From contig KZ538194.1 in assembly GCA_000934665.2 (NCBI GenBank), positions 1-64,000 of the forward strand: DNA of 64,000 nucleotides. Direction: 5' to 3'. The notes beneath the pieces were generated by a model, which ran no database searches, had not been told where the DNA came from, and saw only the letters and a program-made list of their open reading frames with translations. The DNA comes from Catajapyx aquilonaris. Lineage: Eukaryota. The first letter of the stretch is position 1. Each line of letters begins with the position of its first letter. Both the position numbers and the translations under genes were made by a program. This document shows positions 1 through 13,500 of this stretch, one piece after another.

Positions 1-3000
1 TCTAGCCATGGTCATGTAATTTATGCGATATTGATGTGAGAATTTTTCTGAGAAACTTTTATAGACATTGAGTAACACTTGTTTTTCTCGCAATTTTTCC
101 CAAGTCCTTTAGAGGAAGTTTTAGCTACCAACTATTGCTGAGAGTAAATAGGGCAATTGATAAATAATCAGCTATAAACATGTTAGGTGGATTCTAATTT
201 CCAAATAAGTCGCAAATTTGTAGGAAGCGCGTCGCTGTCAGCGGCTCGCAGATGCAACCGGAGCGTAATTGCGATGTAATTAGACCATTGCAGGGATGGG
301 GACGTGCATTCCCTCATTAACGTTGTGTAGCATGCGTGCAAGGGGGGGGGGGGNGGGGGGACTTATAGCCGGCCAATTTATGGAACGTGGATGGAGTATT
401 GTTAGGGTGAAAGTGATGATCTCCCCCATGCTGATGGCTTTCGTGTCAGGAGAGCGGCTTTACGGCGGATTGAGAAGTGGAGTTTGCTCATTAGATAGGG
501 GGAACAGAGTGTGCGAAGGCTACTCAGCCGGACTTGTATCGAATGGTATTATTAACAGAGTTGCTGTGTAGAAAGCTTCATTAAGTAGGGATTAGGCGTG
601 TTTAATAAGATTGCGGTGGGGGGTATGTTTTGGAGAGCCATTGCTCTGTAGGATGTCCCCATAGTGTAAATTGAGCGTGAATTTCATCACAATTTTAACT
701 GAAATTAATGCGCAGATTTTAAAATGAAAATGTACCAGTTGTGGCGCCCCCTGGACGGTCCAGTCTGAAACTAGTGGCAGTTGCTCCTTTCAGGCATTGG
801 CTGGCTTCACTATTGACGTCATAGATATCTCGTTAACTGAGAGAAACCTTACATCGGGATGCTCCAGGAGCACAGAAAGGAGTGCATATACCATATAGGC
901 TCGCTTTCTACCTTCCACGAATGCCTATACAGGATGCACAGGGTGTGTCATAATTGAAGCAGTATTATCTGTCATTATTTGAAATGACGCATTGTGAGTC
1001 ATTTTGGAATGACTGCCGGAGGGACATTTTAAAATTTTCTCTGATCCTCCACCTTCGTCGGATTCGCCACGTATACCCATGGTATTTATAAGTAGCTGAA
1101 AGTTCCAACCTTGTACCATGGACAGTACCGTTCTACGGAACCGGTTTGACCGGAACCAACAATTGAAGAAGAAGAGAAAAACGCGTCGGCGTAACTTATC
1201 CACATTTTGTATAATGTAACCTGCGTGTACGCAATTCCGATGCGACTTAGGGAGCCAGCATGTGGGTGAATGAAGGTCCTCCGGATTAAGACACGGAATG
1301 AAACTCGTTTGGCTGCATGTTCACGTGGAAACTATAATTGCAAATTTCCGGCAGACATTTCAAGGAAGATGCGGAAAATTGGATTTTTATAGGTGTTTCA
1401 GGTAATATATTGTCAAATGATCAATATCACACGTTCAGAATTTTTATAAAACAACAACCGGATGGTATGATTTATTTGCGGTTGTGACTGCACATGGTTG
1501 CGTTAGGTTATTGAGCTGGAGATCCGTAGATCAGTGTAAACCACCGGATCCTGAAGCATGTTGAAGAGCAAAAGCGCGTCCGGGCGTGAGCAAGCTCCCG
1601 GAGAAGCATCAGAACGAATTACAACATCCCACGGTGTTTATTCGTCGCCGGTTCGGGACGAGTGTCAGATTATGCGGTGCACCGCCGCTACTAAGTGGGA
1701 GAAAGTTGAGCGAGTTAGTGTTTTCTCCAGCTTCGCAAATTCAACTTCAGGAGTTTTGTAAACCCTGGTTCGGAGATAGGATTCCAATCCGCAAACACCA
1801 GTTTGGAATCGCAAGCAGGGGATTCACAAAAGCAAAGAGTGATCGATGGAAATGCGTGGATGGAATGGGTACATTTTTTTGTGTGTGTGTGTGTGCGGGT
1901 GGGACCCAGTGTTTTCATATTTTGAGCGAAATTCAAATATCAAGCACATTTTTTGGGGGATATTTTGTAGGAAAAAAATTTAGGGAGAGTGTGCGAAGTG
2001 GTTCTCGTGACCAGCTTTTTTTAACGTAAAAATCTCACAACTTGTTTCATAGTCTGGACACAAAAGTGGCCTGCTTGGCCTTCCCAGAACAGGCTTTGAG
2101 TTTATTATATTCACGGCAACTAGCGACCTTCGAACGAGTCTATATAAGCGTTTTGAAAAGTGCACGAACTCGCTCACTAATGAATTGCTATTTGAGCACA
2201 CGTGAAAGTTCACTTTCGTTCACCATTACAAGGCAGGGACTAATCCGCCTGTTCTTTTTCAGTGCACGGTATTACTATCGTTATTAGATTCAATCTATGG
2301 AGCTAGACATAACTTTCACTAGGCAGATTCCCATGGTCATTGACGTCATCGCTAGATTGGTTTTTGTCATTGTTGAAAAGGAATGCGGAACGTGAATTAC
2401 GGGCGACAATCTTATGGGTGGTGTATCGGATATGTGAACCTTTCCAGAGTATAAGCAGCCAAGGTTGGGGTCCCATTACCCTTGATATCTCCTCGAGGCT
2501 GGCAAACCAAGACGATGATTAAAAGGGAGAATGCCCTTATGTGTGATATATCCAGTTAAGTGCAGCCGCGCTAGGAGGACGTCCTTGGGTTGTTTGATAG
2601 GGTGCAATCTTGCATATTGACCGGAAGAAGGAATTTTTGCGGGGAAGTACCGCGGCCTTTGTGGCGTAGCATAATTTTAACGGCGGTCAAGGAAATGGAG
2701 GGTCGGCCATTGTGTGTTCGGTACGTGATTAACGACATGGACAATTTTGGGAGGCTGCGTGGGAGTACTTTATGGGGGAGGGATCATTCGATTTTCCGGA
2801 GATGCAGCATTGCATCCTTTGGAGAAAGTGTCTCGTAACTTGGGTATTACGGGCGTAAATCTACAGCACGGGACTACTCGCAAGTTTGCGAATCCATAAA
2901 TACCAGGAATGCGAGAAGTGAGGGAAGCCACCTGCTGATATTGGACAACATGTATGTGTGGACGTGTTTGTTCGCATGTGTGTTTGCATGGCCTCGGGAG

Positions 3001-6000
3001 CTTGCAACCTTCAGAGCGGGCAGCACCCTGAGGAACTGCGGAGCCATGATTCCAGGTCATGCACAAAAAGAATGGGAAACTTTGGCACACTGCAGTAGCC
3101 AATCTCGAGACCCGGAGATGACTTGCGGTTGAGGAACTCATTTACCTTGCGATGACACATGACAGAAGTGGGTTTTGAAGGTGCTGATTGGAGATGGTCG
3201 CGGAAGACATGCTGTTTTACATGTCTTCAAATGGAGACGTTGCGTAGAAACACCCTTCTCGTGGGCGGTGTTTGCTGATGAATGCAAAGGACTAGTCTGG
3301 ATCTCGTTGTCTCCCAGACCACCAGCGAGGTATGCTGCATAATGGAACAAAGTGGAAAGAAAATGCTCTTGGAATACCAACGCCACACTGTTGACTCAAT
3401 TCAAGGGTCACTTTGGTTCCAGCCACACCAGGCCACACTGCGAGGCTGGGAAAAATGTTGTAGTCAAAGAGTAGCAAGACACTATTTATGCGGAATTAAA
3501 TGTCCTCCTCCGTATGCAATTTGACACCCACAAGAAGCATTATGGACAGGAAATGATCGTTCATGAAAGACCGTCTTTTTAAAGTGTTGCTGCTTCACGA
3601 ATATTCCCAAGCTTGACGGACAGCTACTTGTAGTTTTCCTTATTCAGGCACGCCAGATTATAAAATATGTTTTTGGATGCGAAATGTCGTCATCCGACCT
3701 CCACCCTCAAACCTTCAACCTAATTTCCGTTATTCTCACATGGTGATTCGGATACTCGGTGCACTTCATTAGGGACCTCTTGTTCTGCAACAACTGACGG
3801 AGGGACACTTAGGCCTGACCTCCAAAGGAAGACAAATCAGAGGGTATTATTGGGTTCTTTCGCCCACAGATGCGAAAAGGACATTCCACAGTGGAGCTTG
3901 CAACATTATGATTTTTCTCACTATGAATACACGGAAAAAAGTAATTTATGATTCACATCGCATTGGCTGTCAGAATGACGCATTACTTGTATTACTTCCA
4001 GTGCAATGTTCTACTTTTCAGCTTACCAGACGTTTAAAAAAATTCCATTTTTCTGTAGTAAGTTGATCAAGTTGTCTGGAGAGCAATTAGGATGTCTTCC
4101 AAGGACGGGGAAGTTACCTCGGGTTCTCTAGAAATCGAGGACAGGAATATTACGTGTGTGTAGTCTTGCGTGGATTGTAACTGTTAAAGGAAAGGGAAGA
4201 AGCTGAAGAAGAATGGACATTTGTCGGAGAGACGGCGAGTGTTGAAATGGATTTTTCATGGATTCCGGAAGGGGCCAAGTTCGACACAAGTGCCCGGGGC
4301 GATGAACCGATTCTTTCGGCACCAGGCCTAGAATGAAACATTGTTGCACGAGGTACACTGACGTAATACTATTCCAGCGCCCTACCCGGCGGACATTGGA
4401 ACTTGAGACGATTATGATAGGTTCCACGTACCAGTGTCTTCCGAATAGGGCGCTGCATCGACACATAATCACCAAAAAATATTTTTTGTGTTGCCTCTGC
4501 TGATTGTACTGGACATTCTCAGCTGTGCATGTGCACCAAGAGGGCACCATGATCCGTCCATCCCTAGTACGTTGACTCCACCTGTGTTGAGTGAGTGACC
4601 TCCCTTCCGGCCGCTGCCAGAAGCCCCCTCTAGCCAGGCTCTTCTCTCTCTCATTTTCGACGATGCCACGATGTACTCTCCAGCCTTATAGCGTGGCACC
4701 ACTGCAAAAACCACCATCATGCACCGCTCATGCATGCACCCTGCGATTCTTCTGCTGCTTTGCCAGACCCCTTTTTTGGCCACTCTTCGGCCTTGATGTG
4801 CATACCATTTCTCATTTTGGAGGTTTGGTGCATGCCGTGCCTTATCATCGCGTGGAATCGGGGTGGTAAGGGTTAAAAACAGGGTGGGACCTAAAAAATA
4901 TCACCTGAATGGACGAAATGCATAATTTTGGCATGTCTTGTTTGCGTCCGGTTGGGATGCACTTACCACATGGCAGCGGCGTACCGTTCTTGGGGCTGGT
5001 GTTTATCAGTTGGAGGATGGGAACAAAGTCTGTGAAAACATCCGCATACGAAGATAGCGTTGAGAATGAAACGCAAAATTGGATGCATGTTGCAGGCCGT
5101 GAGAGGAACACAGAAGGGAGTTCCTGCAAGGTTATTGAATAAGTTTACCAGAATCGTGGAAGTGTATTTTTGGCAACTTGTTGATTTCGCTGTTTGTGCC
5201 AACAGCCGAGCAAGTTCGACAGACTTTGAGTTATGGAATTTGAATGGTGGCTGTTCCTTTATCGTAAGACCTTTTTACTTGGAATATGATGTGCCCATTA
5301 CTTGTCAACAATATGTTCTCGGATAATTCTACCCCATGGATTGTCATATGTTAGACTTGACAATGGTTGCTTATCAGTGACCTCTAGGTCGGAACTTGGA
5401 TGTATCAATGAAGTGATTCCCATTGAATCGGTATTTTTTTTTTTGTAAGTTATGATCTGTACGTCAGATGCATCCATTTTTTTGCAATATGCTATAAAGA
5501 GTTATCGGCTTCATAACGATAAGTTTATTTTAAGAGCAGGATATGACGTAATGATACTATTGAATGGACGTAATATACTGAATGGAAAGCAGGGGGAGTA
5601 AAAACAGAGGATGCTGTGTGCTTATTTGAGAGAAAGTCCGAGTCCAGAATGGTAAACGTATATATCTATTCATATACTTTCACACAGCATAAATCGACAT
5701 AGAAATTCGTTAAGCACAGGAAAATGTAAACACAAATAAATACTTCCTGTTCTACTTTTGTATTATTTGCCTGGGGGCTGTACTACCTTAGAAATAAACA
5801 GCAACACAATAAGGCTTATGGAGTTTTCAGTTTCAAAACATGGTGTGTATTTGGGAATTTGCCTGTGACTGCCATATGCCAGGGCGATATGAGGTCACAT
5901 TTATGCCAATCCAAACGTCACCGTTCTATGCAACACGAATGATATGTACTATACTGGAACATATTGCTAAAAAGGTAATTACTCTCACTAGAGACATTCT

Positions 6001-9000
6001 CATTATTCAGGAATAGGCGTCAACCGACTGTTCATTTTTCATGTCGGGTTTTTATTGTTCTTGCCTGCCACCGATACATTTTTTTCGATTGGGGGGGGGG
6101 GGGAGGGGAGATTCAGTCATGTATTCAAATATTTAAAACGCTTTGATAAAATCCCGTTGTCAAGATGCTTTTAAGTGTATCGTCATTTAAAAAAATGGCA
6201 TGTGAAGGTGATCATTCTTTTATGTGGACGTGATATGGGAAATATATTTGCATTTAGTCACGTAGATATGATGAATCATTATGATTTCATGATAAAACAT
6301 CAGTAAAAATCAGTTTACCTTAAGTTTCAGGATTAGTCAGCATTCTTTCCACTGTACGTAATGCTGATAAGGGGGAGTGAATATTGGTTACTAATCGCTG
6401 CTGCTGTACAAAAAAAAAAAAATGCTGGGGTAGGTTTACAGTATACTATAGTTCTTGATTTCACACGCCTAGTTAGCCTGTAAATGTAAATTGCGAGGTG
6501 GTAGTGATTCTGATTCATTGTCGCGAGAAAAATAGTTCACAGTACGTATACAGTACGTAAAAAAAATTAGGAGGATGAGGTTTTTCAACTACATCATGCT
6601 GTTCATTTTTATAGAGGTTAGAGATAACACGCGCGATGAAACATGCTGGTTTTTATGCGGTTTTAGGTGCAGAAGATAGCATCAGATTATGAATCACCGA
6701 TTTCATAATGTTCTGACGCGAATTGCGTGGTCAGTTAAACTGACCAGTTAAAAGGCATGGTCGGTATAATTGTATTAGCTTACATAAAATTAATTGATGG
6801 CAAAGTGTTTATAAATCAAGTCGTCCTATTACCCCCACCACCCAAAGGTAGGCCTCGTGAAAGAAATTGATACTGTAGGCTTGTTTTTTGTGCCTTTCGT
6901 AACAGCGTGTAAAAATCCGTAGAAGTCGCAAAAAATATCGCAAAAAAGCTGAGATTTCCAGGGATTTCCTCCCCTTTTCTGCGCATTAATATCTTCTACA
7001 TTCATAATTCACAATTAGTCATAAATATCCTTAGCTTAAACTGAAATTGTACCCCTGTAGTAGTTACAGCAATTGATCTATTGTGACGCCTTAATTCACG
7101 ATGACGTACCTCGTCGACCAAAAAACAAAAACAAAAAGCCGATTACTCTAGGATTGTCAGCACCTTCCATGTAATCGTAATGCCCAATACGTTTTATCGC
7201 CAATACGTTTCAGTATATCGGCAGTAGTACTTAATGGAGCTTTGAGCTAAGTAGCAATGCAAAGACACATACAATGGACGCAAGGTGTGCGAACAATGAT
7301 TAATCGCAGTCTTGCAAACCGGATTACGAGCCCTGTTTTTGTGCGGTCAGCAATCGCCTATATGTACAGGTCGATCCAGGAAGAAATGCCAACCTGATAT
7401 ATAAAATAGCCAGTGACGAATTGACACGTCGGGCACCTTTCATTTTCACTCCTTTTGTTTCCCCTGCCCTACTTTGTTCGGATACAATACCCAGTTCTGT
7501 TCTTTCCCTTCAATTGTGTGTTTGTCCGTCACCACGTGTATTGTAATAGGGCTGTTGTTGTCGTCGCCGCAATCAATTACCGGCCACTGGCTAGCTGGGA
7601 TTCTCATGAGGAAATTCTTGAAAGGGAACCGATTTCTTGGATTGCAATTAGGCTGGATAGTCATTAAAACCGCAGTTACGTTACGTGTACTGTCGACTTT
7701 CTTGGTTTTGAGGTGTCTGAATTGACCATTTCTTAGGGTCTGTAGCTGATTAATTATTCTGATTCAATAACAAGGTCAGGAGTCAATAACTAGCAATATG
7801 TAAAATGTATTCAGTGCAATGATGCCTTGGTGCATGTTTATTTTTGCGTGAAGGTGCTCAATTGGTCAGTTGGGGTCCTTCGACGTCTGATTTGTAAAGG
7901 GGGGTAATCCAGGGCAAAATCAGAGGAAGTCGCACAAGCACGAAGCTGTCGCATGTCCGACCCGGGGGGGAAATCGCTTTTGTGACTTTTCAGATGTCGG
8001 CGGATGCTACGGTGTTTCCTGTTCGTGAATACTCTTGTCTGGAGGACACTAAAACTGGCTTTCTCGCCCATGGAAATGGCATTGGCTCGCATGCCCATGC
8101 ATGTGCTCCAATTCGTGACTTCGCTTTGAAATTTTGTGCGACACATTTTTTTTTTCGGTCTCCGTCAGCAACGTCGTCTGTCAGTCGGCTGAGTTCGCAG
8201 TCTCATTTGTATACCATTCATATTTACCTCCCTTTCACTGCCATTGAGATCTTGCGTCACTTGCATGTCGGTATGAAAGCAGCAGTCATTTCACATTGGT
8301 AAATATGAAAGGGGTCCAATATGAATTGGTGCACTTCACTCGTTGAGTACCTGCCCGCAGCGTTTTTAATTATGGAAAATGGCGGGATTTTTAGCTGGAG
8401 GACACATTCCTTCGCTAGCGTTTCCAATTCCTCGCATGTGTGGAGAGCACGTGTGAAAAGTTTGTTTTTCCGTGGCAGAAGAGTACGCGATGACGATTGG
8501 CTGCTCTCTCGCTGTTTTGCTTTCGGACGGAACAGACAGGCCGAGGATTGGAAGAAGAAAGAAAAAAATTGCTGGAAAATAGCTGCTTGCTGAAGGCTTC
8601 TGGTTCGTCTTGTTCATCGAGCATTAGAAAAGGGGGGGATGGTAGCCAGCATATGCTGGCGCCAGACGAATGAATGTGGGTGTGTGAGTGTGTGTCGCAC
8701 AAGCGCTCTTGTAAAAGGCGGGGTGGGGTTAATGGCGGGCAGATATACACACTTCGTGACTAAATGGCGCCTGAGGCCAGAAAAAAAGGTGTGAAGGAGG
8801 TCGGAAGGGGGTCACTTTAATTTCTTGTGTCGGGTCTGGCTTTGGATTGGGTAGCCCCTGGAGTTAGGCTGACTGGTGGGCACTCAGGGTGGGATGGTTT
8901 CATATAGCGAAGGATGGACATTTTATGTCGCATATTGTATAGTGTTTCACAGTGTACAGTGGGCTGATATATTGATAGTTCGATAAGATTTTCAAGGAAT

Positions 9001-10515
9001 GTGGCAAACAAGCCGCCTGTATGTATATGGCGAAATAAATCACCGGAACGCTTTTCGTCAAGGTTTAGGAAGTTAATTTCGTCGTATGCAATTTCCAAGG
9101 CTGGCTTTTAATAAAAAAAACAGGCGAAAAGCAAAAACAGGTGCATCGCAGCTGATCCATATCCCTCGATGTTATTAAACAGCCTCGCACAGATAGGAAG
9201 CCCCTATCATGCACTCCTAGATCATTGACTCGATTCAAATCCAGACATAACATGTGCTGATTACCCAAGTTAATGATCCGGCCGCACTTGTCCAGATATT
9301 ACGTAACCGTTGTGATTTTTCGATGGACATACCAGCCTCCCTCTTCCCTAAAAAAAAAGTGACACGTAGCGTGAGAGGTGGCAACACTGCGGGAGACTCG
9401 CATCGTGGCTGGATGGGGGCTGTCCCGGCGAGCCTTTTCCTGAGAGCAGGCAGGCCAGTTGCTGGGGCGTAGACACGTAGGCAGTGAATCGGGGGCATAT
9501 GCCCGAGTGGCCGTCGACTCTGGCAGTGCCTCGCGGAACAGGAGAGTGGTCGGTGCATCGGATAGTGACAGTCACGTTTCTCGAGCCGTACGGGAGTGGT
9601 TTTGGTGGTTTTATAAAGTGCGGGACAAATTTTTTTGTGAAAGTGTGAGGTGAGGTGTGTGGATGTAACAAGTGGTACCCATGGTCCGGAGTGGCACAGT
9701 TTTTTGGCGGGGGCTCGGTATGCAAATGATGAGAAGGAGGGGGACCCCCCACCCACCCCCCATTCCACTTGTTCCATCCGCCCTGGTTCGGGCCTATGAA
9801 CTTGGGCGCTTCCAAAACCCTCTAACACTTCTTGGTATGGCGGTGGGGTTCAGCATACGCAATTTGGGACAAGTCTGGCGAAGGTCGCGACGTAATTTGG
9901 AGAAAATCTTAATTCCGTGACAATTTTTTGGCAGAATGGACAAGTTTTTTTGTGGTAGAAAGTTCAGGCCGGGGAGAAAGTATTAGGCACGCAGGAAGAA
10001 GTTCCTCGAAGACAGGTTGATTTTTTTTATATATAAATGTGAAGGTGGGAGAGGGCAAATATTTTTGGCGAGATGTGTCAACCTGTGATTGATCCCATTC
10101 CGGTTCCCTGTGCTTTTCCTGTCACGATTACTCAACAAGTGACGGCTGCACAAATAGAAACAGCAAACAGAATTAGTAACGGTCCATATTATTTGTAGCA
10201 TGTTTATTCATCGGTATATACAAACATAGAGGAAGAAGGGCTTCCAAGAAAAAGAATGTTCCGTGCAAGGACCTTTTTAAACCTATCAATGCCCGACAAT
10301 CAACTCTTACTTGTTGCTGGGGACCTTGGACGAGCGTAATTATTCGTGTAGTTCCCGGAAAACTACTATTGTGCCTTACCTTGAGCGGATCATTTGGTAA
10401 CGCTTTCCACGTGCATTTATCATGTCTTGTCAAAGTTTTTAAGTTGGGGGTGATCCCTTTCACCAAACCCAGGCGGATTGTCGATTCTAGCAACTGAGGT
10501 GTGGGGGGGGGGGGG

Positions 10516-10540
10516 NNNNNNNNNNNNNNNNNNNNNNNNN
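10516..10540. other. Assembly gap (25 N) next to a poly-G tract
   Basis: A run of N immediately after a G homopolymer. Most other isolated Ns also sit in or beside G/C homopolymers. Confidence 0.95.
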
Positions 10541-13500
10541 CTGGATTGGCTCTTGCGGTGACGGCGCACGCAAAAGTTTATTTACTGTTCCCAGAAAAGG
10601 GTCCAGAATATCTACAGATCTGTAGGTTGATGCCAGAGCGTGGGGGTCTTCCTGGACCAAAAAAAAAAAAAGGAGCGTGGGATGCTAACTTGGTTTTGAT
10701 GGACATGGGAACTGGAGGGGGCGTTCAGAAAAGTCGGGATGTGTCCTAGTGACGTATATAGGGGAGCGGTCTGTATTGTGTACGTTTATATCTGAAGCAT
10801 GTGACCCGTGACGACCGCAGAAATAGACTGGACCTAGGAAACGGGGGGGATCGATTTCGTCTTGTTTTCTTCTCTCCATGGTGACCAGACCTTCCCTGTT
10901 TTTGCAGGGTCTTGGTCGGATGGTTGCCCAATCATATGCTCGGACTTGCGGTGTTTTTTTTTTTTTTTTTGCCCGGATCCGGATGTCCTAAAATTCCGAA
11001 CCTGGAGGCCAACAGGCGTTAAAGTGTGCCAGTAGTCAGTCATCAATCCCATGTTTCCTCGCCAGTGTGTACACATATGTGCCTTCAGGCCTTCAAAAGT
11101 TGCAGGTTTTGGGCTACCCTCCCATGCCCCCCATACTGTGCCGGATATACAGAGGGATATAAGCGATGATGCAGTTTCGTAATGTGGGATGTAGGCATAA
11201 AAGGCAAATGCCCTTCCGGTGGATATCCTCAAGTTACCAGCATGCCATGTGTCGATATTGGATTGTGTACCGAGAGCATATTTGGCTTTTACTTCCTTCC
11301 GGGTAGAACTGGGTCTTTGAACTGACACGTGCACCGTAGCGAGACCAATCAATGTGACCTAAATCTAGTGGAGATGTTCGTGCAGATTTTTTTTCCCCCC
11401 CTAGCAACTCTTCATTATTAAAAGCGTGTGTTGTCAATAGGTGAATTTTCCCGAGGCCTGTGCAGCCCCTCTCGGTTCGATCTATTCGTATGAGTTATGG
11501 TCTTGTTGTGCGAATTGTTAATTTGTCGTAGATTGGTGGCGAGAGGGTCAATAGAGTAGCTTGACACTGCTGCCTACAATCGAGGGGTGTGACAGGATGA
11601 GGTCGGGCCATGAAAATTGAGGGTGAAAGTGTAACGCCACGCTTCAGGAAATGGACCCAAAATTTCAGATGGCGGGCAATTTTTATCGTGGGGCCGGGCA
11701 AAGTGTCAAGGTGAAGGTTTCAGATTCCGTGAGCGAATAACGTGCGAACTTCCGGATAGGTTTGTCAGCAAATTTTGATCATGCCGGATGCTTTACTCCT
11801 TTTAGTTTAGAGCACGTGGAACAGTAGATAGTTTCAAGTCTCTGGGTCGCCTTATAGGAATAGATCTGGTTTTATCTGGGTCTATCCCTCCCTTCCATCT
11901 CCGAAAGCCAGCATCCTTGTTGGGGAAAAGAAAAAGAAGATCCCTAAAGAAGAAGGAAGTGTCCAAGGTTCCCCTGCAGGCTTGGTCTGGGGCGGCTGCA
12001 CTTGATGGAAGAGTCAGAGAGAAAGAGCGAGAGTGTGTGGCTGCGTGGGAAGCAGCATCTCTCAGGGCCAGATTGGACCCGGAGTTTTTGCCCAGCTGGT
12101 AGATCGCCTGGGAAAACCCTAGAGGGGACACCCCTAACGATAGACGGAACTATCGGTGTACAGTGCAGCAATTTCCAGTGGGTTTTACAAGTGGGCGTAA
12201 ACTTATATGATTTCATTAACCTTTTTTTGGGGTTATTTTCATGCGTGACAAACCCTTGTAATTTGCGACCTTCGTCATCCGAGTGACACTTTGCGGGATG
12301 ATCTCAGCGTGACAATAAACCGCCCAATTTTGCCGACAGGGCGCTGCTGCGAGTTGGTTCAATAACGCCCCCTGTTTAAAATTGCATAGAGCAGTAATGG
12401 GATTTTGGAGAAAAGAAATCACTCTTGCCGGTAATTGAGTTATTTGGGATTGCCATCTGGGATTATATAGAGATGGGATGGGTGCCAAGCCGGTATGCCA
12501 TTTTTATAAGGCGATAACCTAACGTACTGTGCTTTCAAGAATGAGTTTTTGTGGTATTGGGCATTTTCATGGGGATGCCCGGAGCATCTTTTGGGATCTT
12601 GAGACACAAACAAACCCACCGAAGTTTGTGTAGACTAAACTCAAGTTGGGCCTATCCCCTTAATAAAGTGCAGGCGCAATATATATACATCCAGGCGCTA
12701 ATGATACAGCAGGCTTTGAATTGTGATTTAGTAGGTCATGCCAGTACGCCACGGTGGGGGTAATATACGTGGGCGGAGGTGAGCCATGGTCGGGGGTACG
12801 CCCATCAAATATGCATATATGTAGGAGATGGAGTCCGATAGTACGAGCTACCTATAAATCCATTCGTGTGATTTACTAGCGGATAAATGCTGGAATTTCC
12901 TAGTAGGCTACGGTTTTTTTTAGATTAACAGCTGCGGCGGATGCTTGGAATGCTTGCAGGACGTTGTCATTTGGTAGATTTTGGCGACAAGTTTGCAATG
13001 CACGGCTTACATAATTCACGTGCTCTGTTGGGGGGAAAACTTATATATCGGTTTTGCAAGTCTGGGATCCTCAAGAGAGAGCCCCTGAACTTGATGGATG
13101 TGCCGTTTGAATAGGCACACGCTAACGGGGCTAATGTCTGGAGAGAATCGATCATTTTAGATGGGGGGGGGGGGGGGGGGNGGCGAGGACGAATATGGTT
13201 GGAATTTCAGTGCATCTCATGAACTTTATTGTTGCAGGGGCTGGAATAGATGCGTAATGAGCGACCCGATTCGAAGGGAAAGTAAATGAAGCGTCTGAAC
13301 AGAACCGACACGCATTTCCTGGCAAGTCAGCCCAGATTAACGGCAATCCCGGCATCTACATTGTAAATGGGCTACTGGGAAAGGAGTGAGAGAGAGAGAG
13401 AAAAAAGGGGGGGGCGGTAATTTCCATTGCTATAGGGGGGTTTCTCATTACAAAGGACTGGAGTGCTATATTTAAACCAGAGTTTGTGCATACCATCGTA

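Noticed and set aside
12005..12098. ATG ORF (MEESERKSESVW...) ending in phase 1 as another possible FNDC3 first exon
   Set aside because: The donor GTAGAT is weak and there is no other support.
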